Both the position numbers and the translations under genes were made by a program. This document shows, piece by piece, positions 28,861 to 40,170 of a stretch of DNA of 64,000 nucleotides; the stretch's first letter is position 1, and each line of letters begins with the position of its first letter. The stretch is from the human T2T-CHM13v2.0 reference genome, Homo sapiens, in assembly GCF_009914755.1 (NCBI RefSeq), contig NC_060933.1. One strand, written 5' to 3'. The notes under the pieces were generated by a model. It was not told the DNA's origin. It saw nothing but the letters and a program-made list of their open reading frames with translations, and made no database searches.

Positions 28861-29149
28861 AAACATACTTTTTATTGATAGTGATTTTGGTATGAACATT
28901 TAAATAATATGTTGTTCATTTGAGAGTGTCCATTAATTATACATAACTACATTAGTAATATTTTAAGAAATAAGTAATATTGAATAATGTTCTTGTGATT
29001 TAAAGCAAAATATACTTATATATAATTAGTATTAATAAGAATTACCAGGAGATTATGTTTTATTTATATATATAACTTATTTTAATTAAATATAATTTTT
29101 TATTTTATTCGATAATCAGAGAGTTACAATTTAAAGAGTGGGAGGCCCA

Positions 29150-29880
29150 TAATTTGGATGCTGTGTCTTCTAAAAAGATGCTTTGCAAGCATCTCTATTC
29201 TTTCTGGCCCATATACATCTACTCTTTCTAAGTAAGCAAAATCTGTACAATATCATTAGCCTCTTGTGATGGAACTTTGTTTTTTTTCACACTCTAATTT
29301 ATTGGTTTTCTATTTCATTTTTCGTTGGTTTTAAACCATGTTCTCTTTTGCTATCTTTCACAGAATAAATTTACAGACTTTTCCTTTATATTTATGACTT
29401 TCACTGAGGAATAGTAGGTGACAGATTTTGTAAATATTCTACATTCATTTGAAGATGATGCTCCTGATTCTTTTTGCAGAGATTTTTGTAGACATATTTT
29501 TATTAAATAGCTTGGTAAAAAAGCAAAATACCTTTTTATTAAAATATTTAATATCGTGACAATTTATTTTTCAGTCAACAGGCTCTCTCATGTTCTAGTG
29601 TAAACATGTTAAAATCTTTCATGATGCCTACAGATTTGCTAGTTTCTTATTGTGATTTTGCCACTTCTTGATTGCCATGTTCAAAGACTATCATTGACAA
29701 CATAAAAGAGCTAGTTTGTCATTTATTTTGCTTGGTAGCTGTTTTTATATGGTTACATTTATGATTATTTATACTTCTAGCATTTGATTCTATTCTGTCT
29801 AATATTAAATTTGCTACATTAGTCTCATTTTGATATTTATCTATTTTATTTTTAATGTATTTATTCTCAAGCTTTCTACA
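29150..29880 (-). mobile_element. Highly diverged L1ME-type ORF2 (endonuclease-side) fragments
   Basis: TCTATTCTGTCTAATATTAAATTTGCTACATTAG resembles antisense L1 EN-region text. Confidence 0.4.
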
Positions 29881-29894
29881 TTGTTTTACATATT

Positions 29895-31006
29895 TTAAAA
29901 ATATTTCAGCTTTTATTTTAGATTCTGGGAGTACATGACAAGTTTGTTCCTAAGTATATTGTGTGATGCTGAGGTTTGAGGTATGCATGATCCCATCACC
30001 TAGGTAGTGATAATAGTACCCAATAGATGATTTCCAACCCTTGTTCCCCTCCTCTCTCCCCCTTCGGTAGTCTCCAGTATTTATTGTTCCCATCTTTAAC
30101 TGCATGTGTACCTAATATTTAGCTCCCAGTCACAACTGAGAATGTGTGCTTTTTGATTTTCTGTTCCTGCATTAATTCACTTAGGATAATAGCCTCCAGC
30201 TGCATCCACGTTGCTGCAAAGGGCATGATTTCATTCCTTTCTATGGCTGTGTGGTATTCTATGGTGTATATGTACAACACTTTCTTTACCAATCAACTGG
30301 TGAGGGGCACAAAGGTTGATTCCATGTTTTTGCTATTGTGAATAGTGCTGCAATGAACATACAAGTTCATGTGCCTTTTTGGTAGAACGATTTATTTTCC
30401 TTTGGGTAAATACCCAGTAATGGGATAACAGATCAAATGGGAGTACTGTTTTAACTTCTTTGGGAAATTTCCAAACTACTTTCCACAATGGCTGAACTAA
30501 TTTACACTCCCACCTAGCATTGTATAAGCACTCCCTTTTCTCTGCAGACTTGCCAAATTCTGTTAGTTTTTGACTTTTTAGTAATACCCATTCTGACTGG
30601 CATGAGGTGGTATCTCATTGTGGTTTTAATTTGCATTTCTCTGATTAGTGACGTTGAACATTTATTCATGTGTTTGTTGGCCATGCGTATGTCTTATTTT
30701 GAGAATTGTCTATTCATGTCCTTGCCAACTTACTAATGGCATTATTGGTTTTTGCTTGTTGAACTGTTTAATTTCCTTATAGATTCTGGATGTTAAACGT
30801 TTGTTGGATACGTAGGTTGCAAATTTTTTTTCCCATTCTGTAGGTATCTGTTTACTTGATAGTTTCTTTTGCTCTGCAGAAGTTCTCTGGTTTAATTAGG
30901 TTCTGTTTGCCAATTTTTATTTTTGTTGCAATTGCTTTTGAGAACTTAGTCATAATTTTTTTGCCAAGGCTGATGTCTAGAGTGGTATTTCCTAGATTTT
31001 CTTATA
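29895..31006 (-). mobile_element. L1PA15/L1PA16-like 5'-truncated element (3' ~1.1 kb)
   Basis: GTGTGATGCTGAGGTTTGAGGTATGCATGATCCCATCACCTAGGTAGTGA and CTTAGGATAATAGCCTCCAGCTGCATCCACGTTGCTGCAAAGG are L1PA15/16 3' UTR hallmarks. Confidence 0.9.
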
Positions 31007-31395
31007 GGAGGAAATGTATTGTGTTTATTTAGCAACAGTCTTGTATGCACCTTGTTTAAAAATAGTATGAGTTAGAATGTGTACATGCATTTCATCAAAC
31101 AGCTGAAATAAGTTTTATAAACATTTTATTGAAAGAAATCACATATAGAAAATGCATACATTGTAATATAGGTATTGATGAATTTTTATTAAAAAATAAC
31201 CTGTGCAATATGCTCCAATATTAGGACATGGGGTATTACTAGCTGCAGAAATAGTTCATATACCCACTATCCTAACTTCTAATGGTAGAAACTTTTCTTG
31301 CCTTACTTTACACTTTATGTTAATAGAATTATATAGTATATACTCTTTTGTGTTTCCTTTCTATTGTTCAATATTATGTTTTTAAGATGCATTCA

Positions 31396-31785
31396 TGTTA
31401 TAGACCAAATGTTTGTGTGCCCCTGAAGTTCATATGTTAAAGCCCTATCCTACAATATAACTGTATTTGGAAGCAGACTCTTTAGGAGGTACTTAAAGTT
31501 AAGTGTGGTCATAAAAAGGGGGCCCTAATTTGATAGTATTAGTGTCCATATACAGAAAGACACCAGAGCTCAAGAACTCACTTAACTAGCTCTCTCTCTC
31601 TCTCTGTTTCGGATATGAGAAGGCCATCATCTGCAAGCCAGGCAGGGATGCTTTTTCAGAAACAGAACCCTGCTGAATCTTGCTCTTGGACTTTCTAGCC
31701 CCCAGAAATGTGAGAAATAAATTTCTGTTGTTTATGCAACACAGCCTGTAATATATTGTTATGGCAGATTGACCAGAGTAAGACA
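31396..31785 (+). mobile_element. MLT1A/MLT1A0 solo LTR (ERVL-MaLR)
   Basis: TGTTATAGACCAAATGTTTGTGTGCCCC...GTGAGAAATAAATTTCTGTTG...GAGTAAGACA; 5-bp TSD ATTCA (31391-31395) / ATTGA (31786-31790). Confidence 0.9.
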
Positions 31786-32151
31786 ATTGATGTTTGTGTT
31801 TAAATTTATAGATTATTATTGCTCTATGTTATTTCATTGCATGAATGTGCCATAATTTATTCACCCATTATCTTGTTAATGAATACTTTAGTTGTTTACA
31901 GGTTTTAGTCATTATAAATAATGCTTCCATGACCATTCTTGTACATATGTATTGATGAACGCATGTGCTCATTTATATTGCGTATATATCCAAGAATGGA
32001 AGCTGGTAATAAGGTATGCATAAATTCAGCTTTAGTAGGTAACGACAAAGCAGAGAATCTATTTGTCCATATCCTCACCAAACTTGGTAATGTCTCTTTT
32101 TCATTTTATCCTCATTGATTGAAATTTAGCAATTTTACAAACAAATTGGCA

Positions 32152-33509
32152 TTTTCTTTTTTTTTATTTTTAATTTTTTTATTGTACTTTAAATTTTAGG
32201 GTACATGTGCACAACTTGCAGGTTTGTTACATAGGTACACATGTGCCATGTTGGTGTGCTGCACCCATTAACTCGTCATTTAACATTAGGTATATCTCCT
32301 AATGCTATCCCTCCCCTCTCCCCTCACCCCACAACAGGCCCCGGTGTGTGATGTTCCCCTTCCTGTGTCCATGTGTTCTCATTGTTCAGTTTCCACTTAT
32401 GAGTGAGAACTTGCGGTGTTTGGTTTTTTGTCCTTGCGTTAGTTTGCTGAGAATGATGGTTTCCAGCTTCATCCATGTCCCTACGAAGGACATAAACTCA
32501 TCCTTTTTTATGGCTGCATAGTATTCCATGGTGTATATGTGCCATATTTTCTTAATCCAGTCTATCATTGTTGAACATTTGGCTTGGTTCCAAGTCTTTG
32601 CTATTGTGAATAGTGCCGCAATAAACATACGTGTGCATGTGTCTTTATAGCAGCATGATTTATAATCCTTTGGGTATATACCCAGTAATGGGATGGCTGG
32701 GTCAAATGGTATTTCTAGTTCTAGATCCCTGAGGAATCGCCACACTGTCTTCCACAATGGTTAAACTAGTTTACAGTCCCACCAACAGTGTAAAAGTGTT
32801 CCTATTTCTCCACATCCTCTCCAGCACCTGTTGTTTCCTGAATTTTTAATGATCGCCATTCTAACTGGTGTGAGATGGTGTCTCATTGTGGTTTTGATTT
32901 GCATTTCTCTGATGGCCAGTGATGATGAGCATGTTTTCATGTGTCTGTTGGCTGCATAAATGTCTTCTTTTGAGAAGTGTCTCTTCATATCCTTCGCCCA
33001 CTTGTTGATGGGGTTGTTTTTGTTTTTTTTTTCTTGTAAATTTGTTTGAGTTCATTGTAGATTCTGGATATTAGCCCTTTGTCAGATGAGTAGATTGCAA
33101 AAACTTTCTCCCTTTCTGTAGGTTGCCTGTTCACTCTGATGGTAGTTTCTTTTGCTGTGCAGAAGCTGTTTAGTTTAATTAGATCCCATTTGTCAATTTT
33201 GGCTTTTGTTGCCATTGCTTTTGGTGTTTTAGACATGAAGTCCTTGCCCATGCCTATGTCCTGAATGGTATTGCCTATGTTTTCTTCTAGGGTTTTTATG
33301 GTTTTAGGTCTAACATGTAAGTCTTTAATCCATCTTGAATTAATTTTTGTATAAGGTGTAAGGAAAGGATCCAGTTTCAGCTTTCTACATACGGCTAGCC
33401 AATTTTCCCAGCACCATTTATTAAATAGGGAATCCTTTCCCCATTTCTTGTTTTTGTCAGGTTTGTCAAGGATTGGATAGTTGTAGATATGTGGCATTAT
33501 TTCTGAGGG
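32152..33509 (-). mobile_element. L1PA4-like 5'-truncated element (~1.35 kb)
   Basis: Near-consensus L1PA 3' UTR (GGTACATGTGCACAACTTGCAGGTTTGTTACATAGG, CCCCACAACAGGCCCCGGTGTGTGATG) with a T-rich tail. Confidence 0.97.
32386..33509 (-). pseudogene. Disrupted L1 ORF2p C-terminal (cysteine-rich) domain
   Basis: ORFs 32985-33497, 32761-32988 and 32386-32757 tile the ORF2p C-terminus ([51 protein letters not shown]); broken by a frameshift at ~33015-33035 and a CAA>TAA stop at 32761-32763. Confidence 0.95.
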
Positions 33510-34604
33510 AATTTTTAAATGCTTTTTTGATGATCATTCTATATTCTGGATATTAATATTTTGCCAATTATATTGTAAAAAATATCACCCCAATATGTGG
33601 CTTATGGTTTTGCTTCTTTTTTATTTTTTTTCAAGACTTTCTTAAAATATATAGGTAAATTTGCTACATTTTCTTCAAAGCATAGGGCTACCTCAGAGCA
33701 ACAAATAAAATGTCTTACATTCTTTCTAACAATTTTATAGTACTGGTTTTACATATGCTTTTTTTATTGACTTGGTTTACATAAATGCACGTGTTTGTTT
33801 CTGTTTTGCCTCTTCTTATCCATGTTCTATACTTGTATGGCATGACATTTTAATTCCCATAGCTTTGAATACGTCACGATATCTAGACAAGTAGGTTCAC
33901 CCTACTCACAATCTATAAAATTATAAAAACAAAAATAAAAATTAACTTAAGATTTTTATTGAAAGTGAATTGAATGTATTGCAAACAATTCCTATTGTTA
34001 TGATGTTGTGTCTTAATCCAAGAACATGAGATTTATTTTTACATTCTTTAAAAAATTTTAGTTATCTGTAATAATTTCTACATAAGGTATTTATATAACA
34101 ATTATTGGTTATTTGCTGTTAATTCCTTCTATGTTTTATAATTTTTACTTAATCTATTAATGGTGATAGTGATTTGTCAATACATTTTTCATTGTATGAA
34201 AGACTATATATTAGTAACACACTATTTTAAAATTGTATCTTTCCATTTCATAAAAACTTTTATTATTATATAGTGATCATCTTTATCATAATTTCAGGAT
34301 GTTTCTTCACCTTAAAGCCTATTTGACTGACAACAGTATAACCAACAGATTTATATTGATTACTTTTTGCCTGGTATGTCTTTGCATATAATTTACCTTT
34401 TAAGCATTCTGGTTTTGTTTTTTTTTATGGTTTAGGTTGATCTCTTGTAATAGCACTGAGCAAAATTATTTAATGTCATAAGTAACTTTTAAATCCATGA
34501 GTTAAGTCCTTTTATATTTAGTATATTTCTTGGAATATTTGGACTTATTTCTAACTTGTGTTTATTTTGTATATTTTTCTATATAAAAATATTTTCCCTT
34601 TCTT

Positions 34605-34892
34605 GGCCGGGCTCGGTGGCTCACGCCTGTAATCCCAGCACTTTGGGAGACTGAGTCGGGCAGATCATGAGATCAGGAGATTGAGACCATACTGGCTAAC
34701 ACAGTGAAACCCCGTCTCTACTAAAAACACAAAAAATTAGCTGGGCTTTGTGGCGGGCACCTGTAGTCAGCTATTCGGGAGGCTGAGGCAGGAGAATGGT
34801 GTGAACCAGAGAGGCAAAGCTTGCAGTGAGCCGAGATCGTGCCACTGCACTCCAGACTGGGAGACAGCGAGACTCCGTCCAAAAAAAACAAA
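34605..34892 (+). mobile_element. AluY-like, full length
   Basis: GGCCGGGCTCGGTGGCTCACGCC...GAGATTGAGACCATACTGGCTAACAC..GAATGGTGTGAACC..AGCTTGCAGTGAG; approximate TSD TTTCCCTTTCTT / TTTCTCTTTCTT. Confidence 0.96.
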
Positions 34893-35004
34893 GTTTCTCT
34901 TTCTTTTTTGTGTGTCTTTTATTACATTTTTAAAATTCATTTTTTTCTCTTATTTTATATTGCCACCCTACTTACTTACTTGGAAATCACACATGTTATT
35001 AATT

Positions 35005-36071
35005 CACTTGTTATCAGAATTTATAAGGAATTCTACCAACTCAATTGGAAAAAAAAAATCTAATAATCTGATTTGAAAATTGGTAAGAGATCTGAATAGA
35101 TAATTATCGAAAGAACACATACAAATAGCAAACAGATATATAAAAAAGTGCTCAACATCGTTGATTGTCAAAGAATTGTAAGTCAAAACTACAATGAGAT
35201 ATCATCTCACCCTGTTAAATCCCTTTTATTCAACTGACAGGCAATAATGAAAGCCGGTGAGGATACGTAGGAAAGGGAACCCTCATACACTGTTGGTGGC
35301 AATGCAAATTAGTACAGCCACTATGAAGAACAGTATGGAGGTTCCTGGAAAAACTAAAAATAGAGCCACCATGTGATCTAGTAATCCTGCTGCTAGTTAC
35401 ACGGCCAAAAGATAGGAAATCAGTACATTGAAGAGATATCTACACTCCCATATGTATTGCAGCACTACTTACAGTAACCAAGATTTGGAAGAAAAATCTA
35501 AGTGTCCTCAACAGATGAATGGGTAAAGAAAATATGGCATATATATGCAATTGAGTGCTCTTCATCTTCAGCCATAAGAAAGAATGAGATCTTGTTATTT
35601 GCAACAACATGGATAGAACTAGAGGACATTATGTTAAGTGAAGTAGGCCAGGCACAGAAAGACTAATTTCACATGTTCTCACTCATTTGTGGGAGCTAAA
35701 AACTAAAATAATGGAGCTTGTGGAGATAGAGAATAGAATAATCATTATCAGAGGCAGCAAAGAGTACTGGGTTGGGTGAGAAGTGGGATGGTTAATATTA
35801 ATAAGTAAAAAATATAGTTAGAATGAATAAGATCCAGTATTTCATAGCACAATAAGGTGACTATAGTCAGCAATAATTTGTATATTTTGGAAGGACCGAA
35901 GAAGTAGAAATGGAATATTTATAACAAATAAATGATGAATGCTTCAGGTGAGGGACACCTCATTCACCTTGATGTGATTATTTCACATTGTGTGTCTGTA
36001 TCAAAATATGTACTTCATAAATATATACACCTACTATGTACTCATAAAAATAAAAATTAAAATAAATAAAA
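35005..36071 (+). mobile_element. L1MA2/L1MA3-like 3' end (~1.07 kb)
   Basis: ORF2 C-terminal text, then GTTAGAATGAATAAGATCCAGTATTTCATAGCACAATAAGGTGACTATAGTC and ATATACACCTACTATGTACTCATAAAAATAAAAATTAAAA tail. Confidence 0.9.
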
Positions 36072-36253
36072 TACATGGACCTAAAAATATGTAAAGTTTC
36101 ATTACTCCATTTCCAACTCACATGCTATTGATTTCCACTATTTTTCTAGCCAATTTCTACCCTATTTAGACATTTTAGTATCACTCTTTATAGGCAATCC
36201 TTAAAGCAATGTTTTTTTGGCAGCAGGGCATGAGCAAGGGAGAGTTTGTCCAT

Positions 36254-36740
36254 TGTTCTAATTTTTGCTTTCTCCAAATTAGAGCCAGAACAAAGATGTG
36301 AGCTCCAGTAATTTATCTGAGTGGTAATCCCAGGAAGCATGAGTAAGGAAATGGGAAAATCAGATGTAAAAAGAGAAAGGATTAATAGGCTAGCTAACAT
36401 TGTGGCCACAGGGGTCCAGTCATGCTGTTAACCCACTAAGGAGCCCTCTAGCATTATTCCTCCAGTGGTTATGGGATTGAGTCATTTGTCCACTTAAAAC
36501 TGACACTCTTTAATTGAGAGAATTCCCCCGGGCATTAACTCTATTGCACATTCAGTTTGTCAATGAGTGTGAGGAAATGACTGCCTAAAGCTTTGGAGAA
36601 AACCCCAAGGCATCCAAACAAAGAGATACAAGGAAGATATTTGATATAGAAATCTAGCAAGTTACATGAAATTTTCCAGACATTGCAATGGGATCAGGTA
36701 GCTGCAGATTAAAAGGAGTATATCTCCAGCATCAGCTGCT
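36254..36740 (-). mobile_element. LTR33-family solo LTR (ERVL), copy 1
   Basis: GTAATTTATCTGAGTGGTAATCCCAGGAAGCA ... TAATTGAGAGAATTCCCCCGGGCATTAACTC matches antisense LTR33. Confidence 0.7.
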
Positions 36741-36943
36741 TCCTCAAATTTACAATATTTTGCTCACCATTAGATGTTGTAATTCAAATTCCTTTCAGAG
36801 AGGATCCTCTGCTGGGCATTTTTTTTTTCAATTTATTTAAATAAATTCTTATTTTGCCCTGAATTATATTTTTTATTTGAGACTCTATTTATTGTTTTTT
36901 ATCTTACCCTTGAGGAAAATGAGTTTGGTCTGGAAATAATGTT

Positions 36944-37379
36944 TATCTCTTTAAATTTCTCCTGAAACAGATTCTCAGCTGAGGATTCTTTCATTTATCA
37001 GAAAGGTTTTTCCAATAAATGACTATAAGGGAGTGGAGAGATGAGGCAGCAAGGTAAAAAGCCAATACAGCAAGTTAGCTCATGGGCAACTAAGAGCTTA
37101 ATCACACTGGATAATTCAGAGTAACGTGTACAAATGTGGCTTACAGTTACCTTACCTGAGTGATGCAGAAGCTGGTATATTTATTCCTCAGCTTCTATCA
37201 ATCATTGGGAAATAAAGACCATTAATTTTGAGCTCTTTAGGCTACCCTTCAGGCAAGCATGGTGGACTTTGGCAGGCAGAGAAACGTCAGGAAAATAATC
37301 ATGCATATGCTGTCATCTGAAATTTGGCCTCATACACATGAAAGGGGATATGGGTGGAACCCTTACATAGTTTACTATA
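36944..37379 (-). mobile_element. LTR33-family solo LTR (ERVL), copy 2
   Basis: AAAGCCAATACAGCAAGTTAGCTCATGGGCAACTAAGAGCTTAATC..GAAGCTGGTATATTTATTCC..AGGGGATATGGGTGGAACC. Confidence 0.7.
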
Positions 37380-39904
37380 CTTATATATGTCTTACCTATG
37401 AGACTTAGGCTGCTACATCCCTTCTCCTTAGATAGAGATGTTTGACCAAAATTTTAGCGAATAAAATATTTCAAAATGCAAAACTGTGTATTCACACAGA
37501 AAGGTTAAAAACAAAAAATTTCAGCCACATAGATATATGAATACCAGAAAACAATATGGCTACAATGATCATATGTGGGTATTGTAGATATGAGAGGGGA
37601 AAGGAATATAAGAGTTAAAGAAAAAAATAGAGTTGAAAACATTTTTTTCTGTTCTTAACAAAGTGAAAGTCACCACATTGAGGGTAAGATTACAAATGGA
37701 TTGTCTTGCATTTTGGATATGATAAATAAATATTTGCTGTACTATCAAAATCTAGAGTAATTATGTCCTCAAAACAGATTTACGTTGAATGTAATCTAGA
37801 TTTGAGAATTTGCATAGCGGATATCTTGCATATGCAAAGATGCAAAGATCTTTTTCCCTTTTATTTGCTTCTATATAATTTATTGGTCTGAGAATTCTAC
37901 TACTTGAAACTGAAAAAATTAATTTAAGAAAGTTAAAATTAAAGATTTTAAAATTCTCCAGTCTAGTTTTTAATTTCCCTTATTTTATCCTTGACATTTT
38001 AAACAACTTATCTGCATATATTGAAATTTATTCTGTTTAAAAATTTTAAAATAGAGAACTCCTTTGTAATATATGAAGTTTAAATAATTTATAACACATT
38101 TACTTGAAAAGAAAATTATTTTATTTGCTAAATCTATTATATATAGCTCTATATAGCATCTTTAAACCTATCATAACCAATTTTACAGAGTAGATTTTGG
38201 CATTTTGCAAATTGTTTAGTGTCAAATATAACTGATTACTAAAGCATTATGTTGATTTACATTTCCTGCAATAGATTCACACCGAAGTAAATACTCTGTA
38301 GCCAAATTATGTTTATAAATGCTATAACTGGATTCTCTTGGATTGATTCATCAATCAATATTTTGAAATGTTGCTTCAAATTTGTTTTTGCATTCTAGTT
38401 GTATATTCCAATGTAAAGAAATAATTTAACAATCTTTTTAGCTATCTATCTGCTTTACTTTTGCCCTGCAAATAAGGCAAAACTTAGAAATTCAAACTGT
38501 TAAATTATTATATTTATTTGATGCTTTGGTAAAAGCAGTGCCAGTGTTTTGTTTTTATTTAAACTTGCAAAAATTATCAAATACTTTTGCCATTTGATAT
38601 ATTTCCATGGCAAAATATGCTTGAAAAATAGATCATAGCTTCAAGACATAATTTAGCAAAAAGTATATGACCAGCACAATGCTAATCCATGACATTATGG
38701 TTTGCTATATATTTACATATCGTTATAGGATCAGAATCTGTTTACAAAGTTCATATGATCGTATAGTCAGGACTATTTTTTAACAATCACCTGGAGATGT
38801 TTTAATGCCACTCATCCTGGAACATGTCTCATAGAGTTGCCTATAGAAAAAGTAACTCAATATGCAATTTTATGTCTACAGTTGTGCCTATTTTATTTTC
38901 ATTTTTATTTGAAACCTCAATCTAATTACTTTTGTTAATTGGGGTACTTTGGCTCTCATATTTTGATGTTGCCTACTCTGAAATATGGCTTGCTAACTAT
39001 TTGATATTTCCCTCAAGTCAATTTTCTTTCTATAACTATATGTTTATTATTAGGTAAGCCCATTCAAAATATGTCTTCTAATTTGGTGAAAATTCTTCCT
39101 ATTCCTCTTTTATTAGACATCAATAGACAATAGAAAAAGAGTAATGCTGTTTCATTTATAGTGATTAAAACATATTTTTTAGTGAAATCAGCTGTATGTT
39201 CATTGTTTGATATATGTAGTACTGAGTGATGTCAGCAAAATGGCTGACTAGAAATCTCTAGCACTAGTGTCCTTCACAAAGATAGCCAAAACAATAAATA
39301 ATCGACTACATTTTAATGAAAATGGCTGATGATGAATGCTGGAGTACATCAAAGAAATTACAAAAAACCCTGGTGAGTCCTAAAACTCAGAATAGCCACA
39401 TAATGAAAGAAAACGCCGGTCCTCCAACACCCTATCTTGCAACTGGGATTAGCTGGGAACCAGGAGAAATTTCTCCCTATAGTAAAAAGATAAGCAAAAG
39501 GGCTCCACTATCTTCCGTCAATACCCTAGACAACTACAGACCTCGACACAGGATTCCCCTGTGTTCCTAACAGGCACTAAATCCAGGTAAGGAAGCTGCC
39601 TAGAATCCACATAACTGTGCTCCTCACAAAGAAAGAGCCAACACTGTCCTCCCTCTGTGTGTACCTGCCCTCTGCACAGATACTGTGTTACACCATCTTG
39701 AAATTGGAAGTATGGCTGAACTGTGTCTTGCCCTGGGGGTGAGTAGGCATGGATGCTCATCATCTCTGAGGCTAAACTGCTGCCCAACCACCCCAGTCCA
39801 GCAGCCTGACATTCTCAAGCCAAGCTAAAAGCTGCTTATATCATTCCCTGTGTGGCCAACTAGAGATGGAGCTGCCTCACCTACCCTTCTCTACATTCCC
39901 TGTG

Positions 39905-40170
39905 CTGGAGCCGAAGTGGTATCCTGCCTCCCGGGGAAACAGTACCTTGGCTGCTCAGAACAGTCATGCCCCCCGCATTGCCTAAGTTGAAGCAGCACCC
40001 TGCATACCAGGGAAACAGTGCCTGGTTCTTCCAGAACAGTCATTCCCCAAGCCTAAGCTGAAGTGACACATCACTCCTCGGGGAAGCAGTGCCCTCAACC
40101 AGCAGAGCAGCTGCACATCCCAGGGCTGAATTGAAATAGTGCCCCACATCCTAGGGAAACAGAGCAGTGG
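39905..40170 (+). repeat. Four degenerate ~73-bp tandem units in the L1 5' UTR
   Basis: GGGAA(A/G)CAG anchor at 39934, 40010, 40081 and 40154 (spacings 76/71/73); CAGAACAGTCAT in units 1-2. Confidence 0.85.

Larger units (their letters stand above)
31115..34600 (-). mobile_element. L1ME-type host element interrupted by MLT1A and L1PA4
   Basis: 3' tip ATTTTATTGAAAGAAATCACATATAGAAAATGCATACA; host text continues across MLT1A (GATGCATTCA|TGTTTGTG) and resumes after 33510 (TTCTATATTCTGGATATTAAT). Confidence 0.6.

Noticed and set aside
32386-33497. Protein-like ORFs as a functional CDS
   Set aside because: They are L1 ORF2p C-terminal pieces of a 5'-truncated copy, with a stop and a frameshift
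39905-40170. Regularly spaced repeats here (and at 55923-55999) as a CRISPR-like array
   Set aside because: They are whole-unit tandem repeats with no unique spacers and no cas genes, in primate repeat context
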